This document shows positions 10,194 through 19,105 of a stretch of 55,529 bases of DNA, in pieces. This DNA is from a virus (lineage: Duplodnaviria > Caudoviricetes). Each line of letters starts with the position of its first letter. Position 1 is the first letter of the stretch. The notes under the pieces were generated by a model. That model saw only the letters and a list, made by a program, of their open reading frames with translations, was not told the origin of the DNA and did no database searches. A program made the position numbers and the translations under genes. Where the stretch lies: IMG/VR virus record IMGVR_UViG_3300034104_002925, positions 1 to 55,529 of that record, one strand, 5' to 3'.

Positions 10194-11225
10194 ATGAAAA
10201 ACCGAGCAGATAAAATAGTACCAGGTCAAATGCACCCACTTGATATTGCACTCCAAGCCAGCATTAACGGTCATCCTGAAATTAGTGAAGATATTTTACG
10301 TTCTCAACCACAAGATGACCTTCGAGTTCTTTTCAATCTTGGTTGGCACGAAATGAGACATGGTAATCTCAAAAAGGCAATGGAACACTTTAACTACGGT
10401 CGGTATATCGACGTATTTGGATTACCACCACTTCCAGGAAAAATTTGGAAGGATGAACCACTCGAAGGAAAAACACTTCTTTTCAGATGTGAAGGTGGTT
10501 ATGGAGACCAAATTCTTAACTTTCGTTTTGCAAAATATTTTGTAGAAAAGGGCGCAAGAGTCCTTGTTTCTTGTGCACCAGAATTAAAAGAAATATTTTC
10601 TCGTCATGGGTACATTTGTATTGATAACGAAGTTGCACTTGGTGTCCATTATGATTATTGGGTTCCAGCTATGTCAGCGGCATTTATCTTGGACATGGAA
10701 TATGAAGAACTCGATGGTTCACCATTTCTAAAACCAAAAGAACCAAGAACACTTTTCGCAAAGAAAGGTTCTCTAAAGGTTGGTGTTCGTTGGTCTGGTT
10801 CTCCTGACTTTGAAGATGAACAACATCGTAGATTTGACCCAAATCTTATGATTGACCTTCACGATATTCCAAATACAACATTCTATTCACTTCAACGTGA
10901 TGAGAATCTTGTTGACGGTTTGCCATTTGGTGATATGAGAGAACAAATGAAATCATGGGAAGATACTGCAAATATCATGGCAGATTGTGACATCATCATT
11001 AGTTCGTGTACCGCAACTGCACACCTTGCTGCATCAATGGGTAAGCCAACTTGGGTTCTAACTCCGATTATGCCTTACTATACATGGGCAGTTCCTGGTG
11101 ATGGTTCACGTTGGTATGATTCAGTAAAGTTATACCGTCAAGTAAAGTACGGTGAATGGGATGTTCCATTCCAACAGATTAGAGAAGACCTTACAAAGTT
11201 AGCAGAAGAACACAAGGGTGAATAA
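10194..11225 (+). CDS. TPR-associated GT-B glycosyltransferase (GT9-like)
   Basis: EGGYGDQILNFRF, VGVRWSG, FYSLQ and DTANIMADCDIIISSCTATAHLAASMGKPTWVL motifs; short TPR-like N-terminus. Confidence 0.75.
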   Translation: MKNRADKIVPGQMHPLDIALQASINGHPEISEDILRSQPQDDLRVLFNLGWHEMRHGNLKKAMEHFNYGRYIDVFGLPPLPGKIWKDEPLEGKTLLFRCEGGYGDQILNFRFAKYFVEKGARVLVSCAPELKEIFSRHGYICIDNEVALGVHYDYWVPAMSAAFILDMEYEELDGSPFLKPKEPRTLFAKKGSLKVGVRWSGSPDFEDEQHRRFDPNLMIDLHDIPNTTFYSLQRDENLVDGLPFGDMREQMKSWEDTANIMADCDIIISSCTATAHLAASMGKPTWVLTPIMPYYTWAVPGDGSRWYDSVKLYRQVKYGEWDVPFQQIREDLTKLAEEHKGE

Positions 11226-11226
11226 T

Positions 11227-11847
11227 ATGACGTACTTAAAGGAAGCATTTTATCCTAAAAGTTTAGAACACGCAAAGGATATTTGTCTTACTCCAGATGG
11301 TCGAGTGCCACAAAAGTTTACAAAGGAAACGATGTTTCTATTGGACTTTCTGTTAAACGAAAATCTTGCGAATAATTACTCAAAGGTTGCAGATTTTGGT
11401 TGTGGTGTTGGTCGTATGAGTAAAGCACTCATACAACGACTTGGCTGTCCCGTGACGGGGTTTGATATTAGTGAACCTATGTTGGGGTGGGCAAACGAAT
11501 TTGTGTTAAGTAGAATATTTACACCAGTGGTATATTCAAAAGGATTTGTACCGACGGAAGATATGAAATACGACCTTGTTATGGCTTTGTTTGTATTACA
11601 ACACAGTGAACATCCAATCCAAGATATTGAGTTTATCCATTCGATTCTGAACAAAGGTGGTAAGTTTGTTTTGATGAACGAAGAAAAGAGATTTGTTCCG
11701 AGTGGTATTGACGAAACTCGTAATATCATTTGGAATGACGATGGTATCAATATCGAAGAAGAAGTAAGTAAGAAATTTAAGTTTATTGGTCGGTATGATT
11801 ACATAAACAGATACGATAAAAAACTGACGGTATGGGAAAAAGAATGA
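11227..11847 (+). CDS. class I SAM-dependent methyltransferase
   Basis: VADFGCGVGR motif I, GFDISEPML, YDLV..LFVLQH, LNKGG; the start may instead be GTG at 11218. Confidence 0.85.
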   Translation: MTYLKEAFYPKSLEHAKDICLTPDGRVPQKFTKETMFLLDFLLNENLANNYSKVADFGCGVGRMSKALIQRLGCPVTGFDISEPMLGWANEFVLSRIFTPVVYSKGFVPTEDMKYDLVMALFVLQHSEHPIQDIEFIHSILNKGGKFVLMNEEKRFVPSGIDETRNIIWNDDGINIEEEVSKKFKFIGRYDYINRYDKKLTVWEKE

Positions 11848-12620
11848 TTAAATTAGATGTAATCTTACGAACCCACGATAAGAGGGAAATTCACGTATCA
11901 AAAGACCCACGTTATTGTAAAGCAAATAAAACAACGGTGGTAAAGAAATGTGTAAAATCTTTGGTAGAAACTTGCAACAACTCGGAACATGATATAACAT
12001 ATTGGTGGTACGACGACCATTCTTCAGAACAAACAATAGAAGAACTCCATCATATTTTTAAAGGGGCAAAACATCCTTACAATTACATACCGTTAGAATC
12101 TGAAGGTTGGCAAGGAAGTGGTTTGGCTCAATTTGAACGTGGTAGAGATTCGGATGCTGATTTAGTTTACTTTGTGGAAGACGATTACCTTCACTTTCCA
12201 ACTGCCATAGATGAAATGGTTGACTCCTATTATAAGTTCAAAGAAAACTTGGGTAGAGAAATCTCTATTCATCCATTTGACGACCCTGATAATTATCTTC
12301 CAGTTTGGATAGAACCTTGCCGTATTGTTTATGGTAAAAACCGTCATTGGAGAACAAATTTACATACCACGTTCACCTTCCTTTGTAATCCAGAGATAGT
12401 TAGAGCAAGATGGCACGTATTTTACACCATGGCAACGGAGTATGGAACTCTTTGGGGTGAGATGAATCATGTTAATGAATCAACAATGATAAATAAAATA
12501 TGGAGAGAAGAAGTAACTCTATTTACTCCAATTCCATCGGTAGCTCTTCACATGGCTTATGAAACACAAAAAGACCCTTATTTAGATTGGAAACAACTTT
12601 GGGATTCGTTTTCTATCTAA
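11844..12620 (+). CDS. GT-A fold glycosyltransferase (GT2-like)
   Basis: DDHSS and LVYFVEDDYLH (DxD-like) motifs, PIPSVALH; ATGA overlap with the methyltransferase. Confidence 0.65.
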   Translation: MIKLDVILRTHDKREIHVSKDPRYCKANKTTVVKKCVKSLVETCNNSEHDITYWWYDDHSSEQTIEELHHIFKGAKHPYNYIPLESEGWQGSGLAQFERGRDSDADLVYFVEDDYLHFPTAIDEMVDSYYKFKENLGREISIHPFDDPDNYLPVWIEPCRIVYGKNRHWRTNLHTTFTFLCNPEIVRARWHVFYTMATEYGTLWGEMNHVNESTMINKIWREEVTLFTPIPSVALHMAYETQKDPYLDWKQLWDSFSI

Positions 12621-12624
12621 TTTC

Positions 12625-12638
12625 ATATTTATATTTAT
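12625..12638 (+). promoter_or_regulatory. two overlapping copies of the putative late promoter ATATTTAT
   Basis: ATATTTATATTTAT upstream of GGAG and the ATG at 12657. Confidence 0.7.
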
Positions 12639-12656
12639 TAGTACAATGGAGTAAAT

Positions 12657-13166
12657 ATGAGATACGTTTATGTCCAAGATGGACAAGTAATAGAAGGTCC
12701 GGTGATGTTACCAATAAATTGGAAGAATATTTCCAACTTTAATGTATTGGACAATGATACTCTTAAATCATATGGTTGGTATCCTCATCGTTTTGTTGAA
12801 GCAACTTTAGGTGAAAACGATAAAGTAACCGGTTCTTATTTTGTAATAGAAGAAACCGAAGTAGTTGAGTATCAAACTGTTGCAACAAAAACAGAATCGG
12901 AAATACAAGATTTAATCAACCAGAAATGGATTAACATTCGTGCTCAACGAGCAATTTATCTTCAAGAATGTGATTGGACACAACTTTCAGATGTACCAAT
13001 GTCAGATGAAAAGAAATTAGAATGGACAACATACCGTCAGGCATTACGTGATATAACAAATTATGAATCACCTGATATGGTAATATGGCCTGAAAAACCA
13101 TCTATGGATGATCCAACATATAGATTAATAACACCACCAGATGAGAACGGAGTGATAAATGAGTAA
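12657..13166 (+). CDS. phage tail (fibre) assembly chaperone-like protein
   Basis: IRAQR..YLQECDWTQLSDVP.....EWTTYRQALRDIT...WPEKP signature. Confidence 0.8.
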   Translation: MRYVYVQDGQVIEGPVMLPINWKNISNFNVLDNDTLKSYGWYPHRFVEATLGENDKVTGSYFVIEETEVVEYQTVATKTESEIQDLINQKWINIRAQRAIYLQECDWTQLSDVPMSDEKKLEWTTYRQALRDITNYESPDMVIWPEKPSMDDPTYRLITPPDENGVINE

Positions 13167-15444
13167 ACTCGTCGAAAGTATATTAAAAGAAATAAGACTC
13201 CAAATCTTCAATGAAGATGACAGTGATAAAGGTAATCTTGTAGCCATATATCCTGGTCGTTTCCAACCAATGGGTCTTCATCATAAAGAATCATTTAAAT
13301 GGTTATCAAAACAATTTGGTGACCAAAATACATATATTGTTACTTCTGATAAAACAGAGCCTCAAAAATCTCCGTTTAATTTCGAAGAGAAGAAACGAAT
13401 AATGTTAAAACATGGAATACCTGAAAGTCAAATTATAAAAGTAACAAATCCGTATAGTCCTCTTCAATTTTTTGAAGTAACCGGCCTTGATCCAAAAGAA
13501 ACAACCATAGTTTATATGATTGGTGAAAAAGATAAAGGACGGCTTCGTGGATTTAAACGACTAATGGCATTTAATAAAACAACATATATTCCAGCTAAAA
13601 ATCTAGAAGAACCTTATACATATTATGTTTATGCACCACACGTTTCATACAACATACCATCGTTTGGTGAAATGTCAGGGACAAATATTCGTAAGGCACT
13701 TGGTGATAGAGAAGCTAAACTATCAGAATTAAAGTATAGATTTAAACAAATAATGGGATGGTTTGACGCTGGTATTTTTAACTTGGTTGTTCGTAAAATG
13801 AATACGAACCGCAGTCCTATTAAAGAAGAACTTGGTGATTGGATGCGAGTAATGTTGAATATGTCACAAGAACAGTTTGGTATTTTTCTCGATGTTCTTC
13901 AAAAAGAATACGGAGATACGAAAGACTTATTACCTATTATCCGTAAATATGTAAAAACAGGTGGCAAAATTTCAGACCAAGAAAAACGTATTTTTGCAAA
14001 ACAAATGAAAGATAATGCAAAAATGTTAGGACTTGGTTCTATAGCAGCTATACCAATTCCTGGAACTATGTTATTGATTCCAGTTATTGTAAAATTGGCA
14101 GATAAGTTTGGTATAAATCTTCTTCCCGAAGCCGATGAACCAAAGTCGGAACCACTATCAATAGTTCGTAGAGAATTTTGGAATGAAGTATTTGCAGAAG
14201 TCGCTAAAGATGACCGACCACTTTTAAAAGAAGGTGGAGCGGCAGGTCACATGACCCATCCGTTTGAAGATTTCGGTCTTACATTTGGTGATATGAAACA
14301 AATGTTCAGACTTGGACTTTCGGGCAAAATAACAGTAGAAGGAAATCCAACCGAAAAATTAGATGGACAAAATTTGTTTGTATCTTTTAGAGAGGGTAAA
14401 CTTTATGCCGCTAGAAATAAATCAGACATCAAGAATGGTGGAATGGATTATTCGTCTATTAAGACAAAGTTTAGTGGTCGTGGTTCTATTGAAGAGGCAT
14501 TTACATTTGCGTTCTCTGATTTGGAAAAGGCGATTCAAAGTTTAACACCAAAACAACAAGAGAAGATTTTTAAAGGTGGTAAAGCTTGGATGAATCTTGA
14601 AGTTATGTACCCGAAAAGTGAGAACATAATAAATTATGATGGTGCTTATATTGTTTTTCATGGAGTTTCTTTGTATAATGATAAGGGTGAAAAAATAGAA
14701 GATTATCCTGAATATGCACGGATTTTAGCTGGAATGATAAAACAAGTGAACGCAAACTCACAAGAAACATTCAGTATAACAAAACCAAAAACTATAATTG
14801 TGAATAAAACAAAGAACTTTAATCAAAGATTATCTTACTTCATCGGAAAACTTGAAACCTTACAGAAAAAGATGAAATGTTTAGATACCGATACCATTGG
14901 TGTATGGCACCAACGTTGGTGGGAAAAATATATAAAGACGAATACAAAAGAAGCTGGTTTAAATATTGACAAAAAAACTTTGGAAAGTCTTAGAAACCGA
15001 TGGGCTTTTGGTGATAAATCATTTGCATTGAATAGTTCAAATATTCCCGATAAAAACCTTTTAACTTGGGCTAAAAACGTTGATAAAACAAAAGTTGGTG
15101 AACAGATGCAATTAAATGTTCTTCCTTTTGAATTACTTGTTTTAGAATTTGGTGCAGAGGTTTTAAAGAATGTAAAGAATGTAATGTCACTAGACCCAAC
15201 AAAAACATCAAACAAAATAAAAGCTGATGTGGAACGGGCAATTCAAACTCTATCAAACTCTAATAAATTAGAAGACATAGAAGTTTTGAAAAAACAATTG
15301 AAAAGAATAGAAGGTGCTGGTGGTATAAATGCCATAGCTCCACTCGAAGGTATTGTCTTCACATTTAATGGAAAAACATACAAATTAACAGGTGTATTTG
15401 CTCCAATCAATCAACTTCTGAATTATTTCAGATTCAAAACATAA
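13159..15444 (+). CDS. multidomain protein: cytidylyltransferase-like domain + hydrophobic hairpin + RNA-ligase-like (KxDG) domain
   Basis: YPGRFQPMGLHH and SGTNIR; LGLGSIAAIPIPGTMLLIPV; EGGAAGHMTHP, TEKLDG, NLEV, IVFHG, EGIVF, YKL. Confidence 0.65.
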   Translation: MSKLVESILKEIRLQIFNEDDSDKGNLVAIYPGRFQPMGLHHKESFKWLSKQFGDQNTYIVTSDKTEPQKSPFNFEEKKRIMLKHGIPESQIIKVTNPYSPLQFFEVTGLDPKETTIVYMIGEKDKGRLRGFKRLMAFNKTTYIPAKNLEEPYTYYVYAPHVSYNIPSFGEMSGTNIRKALGDREAKLSELKYRFKQIMGWFDAGIFNLVVRKMNTNRSPIKEELGDWMRVMLNMSQEQFGIFLDVLQKEYGDTKDLLPIIRKYVKTGGKISDQEKRIFAKQMKDNAKMLGLGSIAAIPIPGTMLLIPVIVKLADKFGINLLPEADEPKSEPLSIVRREFWNEVFAEVAKDDRPLLKEGGAAGHMTHPFEDFGLTFGDMKQMFRLGLSGKITVEGNPTEKLDGQNLFVSFREGKLYAARNKSDIKNGGMDYSSIKTKFSGRGSIEEAFTFAFSDLEKAIQSLTPKQQEKIFKGGKAWMNLEVMYPKSENIINYDGAYIVFHGVSLYNDKGEKIEDYPEYARILAGMIKQVNANSQETFSITKPKTIIVNKTKNFNQRLSYFIGKLETLQKKMKCLDTDTIGVWHQRWWEKYIKTNTKEAGLNIDKKTLESLRNRWAFGDKSFALNSSNIPDKNLLTWAKNVDKTKVGEQMQLNVLPFELLVLEFGAEVLKNVKNVMSLDPTKTSNKIKADVERAIQTLSNSNKLEDIEVLKKQLKRIEGAGGINAIAPLEGIVFTFNGKTYKLTGVFAPINQLLNYFRFKT

Positions 15445-15480
15445 TTATAGTAAATAGTTTCATTTATTCGATGGTGGTAT

Positions 15481-16080
15481 ATGGTAAAAATTGACAGTGT
15501 AGATGATGTCAAACAACTTTTAAAAGGACAACATACTTCGCAAACTTCTATTCAGGTTGGATATGATGGTGAAGTTGAAGAAAAAATAACAAGAAAAGTT
15601 GGAGATAGATGGAAGGATGCTGATGGAAATGAATGGGAACAAAAAGAAGGATATTCTATAAAACTCGGAAAAGAGTGGCAACAAGAACTTCACCAGTATT
15701 TAAATTCTTTCCCAAACTGTCCAAAAGAAACTTGTACCTGTACCATGCCAAAAAACATGGATGAAAAAATGAAAATGATTCATGGTATGTGTTTTGATTG
15801 TGTAATTGATATGGAACATAAAATTAGGTTAGAAGGTAGATGGGATGAATACGAACGAGAAAAAATGAAAGAAAATGCCTTGGCATGGTTGGCAGAAGCG
15901 GAAAAAGACAAGAATTTGATTGCAGAAGAATTATCAAAATTAGAATTTGCAAATTCGTTTGGTGATTCTGAAAAATGGAGCACTGGTAAAACAAAAGAAG
16001 AACTTTTACAAAAGATAGAAGAAGAATTCGAAAAGTTTCGTCAGGATTTTATTCAAAAATTGGAGAACAATAGTGATTGA
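15481..16080 (+). CDS. hypothetical protein, probable Zn-binding
   Basis: CPKETCTC and HGMCFDC motifs. Confidence 0.75.
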   Translation: MVKIDSVDDVKQLLKGQHTSQTSIQVGYDGEVEEKITRKVGDRWKDADGNEWEQKEGYSIKLGKEWQQELHQYLNSFPNCPKETCTCTMPKNMDEKMKMIHGMCFDCVIDMEHKIRLEGRWDEYEREKMKENALAWLAEAEKDKNLIAEELSKLEFANSFGDSEKWSTGKTKEELLQKIEEEFEKFRQDFIQKLENNSD

Positions 16081-16306
16081 ACAACTAAAATCGGGTCTAG
16101 CGTCAATGATTTCAGATATTGATGGCTCGGTCTCATCAAAAAGAGTTGTTACGTTTTTATGTGTACTTGCCATGTTAGTTACATGGGGTGCAAATCTTTT
16201 TTGGGGATTTCAAATCACAGAGTTTATCTTTGAAGGTTTGATGTATATTATCATTGTTGGTCTCGGTGTTGCAACCGCAGAGAAGTTTTCACGTAAGGGA
16301 CAATAA
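16073..16306 (+). CDS. small two-TM membrane protein, holin-like
   Basis: SSKR followed by two hydrophobic helices and a basic C-terminus; GTG start with GGAG SD. Confidence 0.6.
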   Translation: MIEQLKSGLASMISDIDGSVSSKRVVTFLCVLAMLVTWGANLFWGFQITEFIFEGLMYIIIVGLGVATAEKFSRKGQ

Positions 16307-16308
16307 CT

Positions 16309-16887
16309 ATGTCAAAATCTATTGTAATAGAACGTGCCGTTCCTACTAATAAATCTCTTTACAGTAGAGTAAAGTCACGTATAAAGAAGAAATTTAAGGT
16401 GTGGCCGAGTGCGTATGCCTCGGCCGCACTTGTTAAAGCATACAAAGCTGCCGGTGGTGGTTATCGTAATGAATCGGTCACAATTAATAACCCAGTTTAT
16501 CGTCTCGAAGGATATACAACAAATGGGTGTGGTAGAATTGTAGAACTTCATTTTGGTCTTCAAGAATCAGAAACAGAAGTTCTCGGTGAAGCTGAATATC
16601 GTGGACGCAAAGTATCTTTAGGTAAACCATTCAGAACACCCGGTGGTCCAAAGAAATTCTCGGTATATGTAAAAAAACCAAACGGTAATGTTGTAAAAGT
16701 AAACTTTGGTCATAAGGGTTCGGGTGGAACAAAAACAATGAGAATTAAAAAGTCAAATGCTCAACGTAGAAAATCGTTTAGAGCAAGACACAAATGTCAC
16801 ACCGCAAAAGATAGAACAACACCTCGTTATTGGAGCTGTAGATTTGGTTGGCCAAAGTCTGGTAAAGGTGCAATAGACAAAACTTAA
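16309..16887 (+). CDS. basic two-module protein, probable internal head/DNA-binding protein
   Basis: KKFKVWPSAYAS..LVKAYKAAGGGY module plus KVNFG...RRKSFRARHKC...RYWSC module; very Lys/Arg-rich. Confidence 0.7.
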   Translation: MSKSIVIERAVPTNKSLYSRVKSRIKKKFKVWPSAYASAALVKAYKAAGGGYRNESVTINNPVYRLEGYTTNGCGRIVELHFGLQESETEVLGEAEYRGRKVSLGKPFRTPGGPKKFSVYVKKPNGNVVKVNFGHKGSGGTKTMRIKKSNAQRRKSFRARHKCHTAKDRTTPRYWSCRFGWPKSGKGAIDKT

Positions 16888-16889
16888 TA

Positions 16890-18422
16890 ATGAATGCACA
16901 AATACTCAAAACATATCTTAGACCTTACATTGAATCAAAATCAATAAAAGATTCTGCCGATGCTGCTGATAAAATAGCAACGGCATATGATTTAGCAAAC
17001 ATTGGAAGCAGTGGTCCATTCTTCGGTGCAAAGTTATTGAAGGGTGATAAAGATACTCTTAAAAGTTTCATTCAACTTGGATTAGAAGTTAATTTAAGAA
17101 TTGTATCAATTAGTTCGGATAAAGATAAAGTAGAACCAGGATTCACATTGATGGCTCTTGGTTTTTGTCTTTATTGGTTGAATTCTACTTTTACACCTTT
17201 ACCACCGTTACCTCCTATGTTTGCACCAACAACGGGATGTCAAGTTCTTTTTCCTGGATCACCAAAACCTTTGGATAAAGAATTACAAGATGGTTTAAAA
17301 AAGAAAGACTCCGAACAGGCACTATCCGATTTTATCAATGCACTCGTAAAACATCAATTAACAATAGCAGGTATTTACAGTGGACTAGTTCCTGCCGTTC
17401 CATCACCACTTCCTTTGGTTTTGCCTTGGTTCGCAGTATTGAGTCTCCCAGACTTAGGAATAAAGATTCCAGATATTTTAAAAAATCAAGATACAGATGG
17501 TGATGGTACACCTGATTATTTGGATGATGATATTGATGGCGACGGTACTCCGAACGATAAAGATGATGATATTGATGGTGATGGAATCTTAAATAAGGAT
17601 GAACCGGGTAAAGTTAATGTTGGAACCGGAACTGGTACTGGAACCGGAACAGGAACTGGTACTGGAACAGGAACCGGAACGGGCACTGGAACAGGAACTG
17701 GTACTGGAACCGGAACTGGAACTGGAACAGGAACAGGCACCGGAACAGGCACCGGAACAGGCACTGGAACTGGTACTGGAACAGGCACAGGAACTGGTAC
17801 TGGTACTGGAACAGGAACTGGTACTGGAACATCTAATAAACCTAGTTATGGTTCTGTTCAAGAAGATGTTGCAAAAGCATTTGAAATTGAAACACAATCT
17901 GTATTCAATGATAATAATTCATTTGGTTTGACTATTGATTTAGATAGAAAAAATCTTGCTCTAATGGATATAACAGTTGATTTACATGAATCAGTTGTTA
18001 AAAAACAAAATGGAAGTGACGAATATCAATTTGCAATAACTGTAACATTAAGTAATCTTGCGTTTGATAGAAGACTTGGTGGGTCTCAATCTAATCTACC
18101 TATAACCATCTCATCTGTTACAGGATATACATTTAGAGATACGATAGAAACAACTGATTCCATATATAATGGTAGTAATATTACTTCTCCACGATTGAGA
18201 GGTATAGAACTAATGAAGGCACCATATCAGTACAGATTAGGACAGGTTTTAAATGAAGGACTTCAATTTTATGTAAATAAGTGGTATAAGGGAATTTTGC
18301 CATCTGAATTAAAAAATGTATATTTCTTAATTAGAGATAATAGAGATGACCCAACATTAAGATTTGGAGTTGAAAAATTTTATCCATTGGATAAAAACAA
18401 AAAATTCAAGAGTTTGAAGTAA
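16890..18422 (+). CDS. hypothetical virion protein with DxDGDG acidic repeats and a (Gly-Thr)35 linker
   Basis: DTDGDGTPDYLDDDIDGDGTPNDKDDDIDGDG followed by the GT tract. Confidence 0.8.
   Translation: MNAQILKTYLRPYIESKSIKDSADAADKIATAYDLANIGSSGPFFGAKLLKGDKDTLKSFIQLGLEVNLRIVSISSDKDKVEPGFTLMALGFCLYWLNSTFTPLPPLPPMFAPTTGCQVLFPGSPKPLDKELQDGLKKKDSEQALSDFINALVKHQLTIAGIYSGLVPAVPSPLPLVLPWFAVLSLPDLGIKIPDILKNQDTDGDGTPDYLDDDIDGDGTPNDKDDDIDGDGILNKDEPGKVNVGTGTGTGTGTGTGTGTGTGTGTGTGTGTGTGTGTGTGTGTGTGTGTGTGTGTGTGTGTGTGTGTGTGTGTSNKPSYGSVQEDVAKAFEIETQSVFNDNNSFGLTIDLDRKNLALMDITVDLHESVVKKQNGSDEYQFAITVTLSNLAFDRRLGGSQSNLPITISSVTGYTFRDTIETTDSIYNGSNITSPRLRGIELMKAPYQYRLGQVLNEGLQFYVNKWYKGILPSELKNVYFLIRDNRDDPTLRFGVEKFYPLDKNKKFKSLK
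17622..17831 (+). repeat. 35 x 6-nt GGNACN coding repeat (Gly-Thr)
   Basis: Directly visible; synonymous third positions vary. Confidence 0.95.
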
Positions 18423-18426
18423 TCTT

Positions 18427-18434
18427 ATATTTAT
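18427..18434 (+). promoter_or_regulatory. putative late promoter ATATTTAT (leaderless arrangement)
   Basis: Ends 4 nt before the ATG at 18439. Confidence 0.65.
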
Positions 18435-18438
18435 TTCT

Positions 18439-18783
18439 ATGACACCGTGTCAAGAACATATTACCCGTTTAATTATTCGCGAATACGTGAAGAGTTACCT
18501 CATGGAAGGAAAGAAACCTTCTGGTGGTCTTCGTAAGTGGTTCAAAGAAAAATGGGTAGATATTTCTCGAAAAACAAAATCAGGTGGTCATCCTCCATGT
18601 GGTGCCTCCGCTGGTTCTAAATCGAGAAAGGGTGGTAAACGTGCTTATCCAAAATGTGTACCAGCAGGACGTGCATCTAGTATGTCTTCTAAACAAAAGA
18701 AAAGTGCGGTAACACGTAAAAGAAAGTATGGTTCAACCAGACGTGGTAAAGCGAAATTTGTATCAACAAATCCGAGTAAGTAA
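18439..18783 (+). CDS. basic conserved-type viral protein (LRKWFKEKWVDI...YPKCVP), probable internal head protein
   Basis: Leader ending LME followed by a highly basic domain. Confidence 0.7.
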   Translation: MTPCQEHITRLIIREYVKSYLMEGKKPSGGLRKWFKEKWVDISRKTKSGGHPPCGASAGSKSRKGGKRAYPKCVPAGRASSMSSKQKKSAVTRKRKYGSTRRGKAKFVSTNPSK

Positions 18784-19104
18784 ATGATAAAGAATATTAT
18801 TATGAATATCCTAATACCAGTAATCGCCATCGGTGGTGTTGGTATGGCTATTTATTCTTCTATGATGGTAGATGACCGAGTAACCGAGAATATGAGAATT
18901 GCTGATTCACTTCGTGCAGAAGTAAACAAGTATCATCAAAAGTATGACAGTATTCTTGTAGTTGCACAATTATTAGATTCTGCCGTTACCCATCAAGAAG
19001 AAACGGTAAAGATAGTAAAACAAACATTTATAAAATACAAAACACCACCAATCAATCATTCAGATTCGGCGGTAAAATTTTTAGAAGAGTTTATCGAGGA
19101 GTGA
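18784..19104 (+). CDS. N-terminal TM plus coiled-coil protein, spanin-like (inner component)
   Basis: Hydrophobic ILIPVIAIGGVGMAIY followed by a helical region. Confidence 0.5.
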   Translation: MIKNIIMNILIPVIAIGGVGMAIYSSMMVDDRVTENMRIADSLRAEVNKYHQKYDSILVVAQLLDSAVTHQEETVKIVKQTFIKYKTPPINHSDSAVKFLEEFIEE

Positions 19105-19105
19105 T

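Noticed and set aside
17516-17931. PVPVPV / CSSTSS / LEPEQE / FQYQF ORFs
   Set aside because: Other frames of the (Gly-Thr)35 repeat
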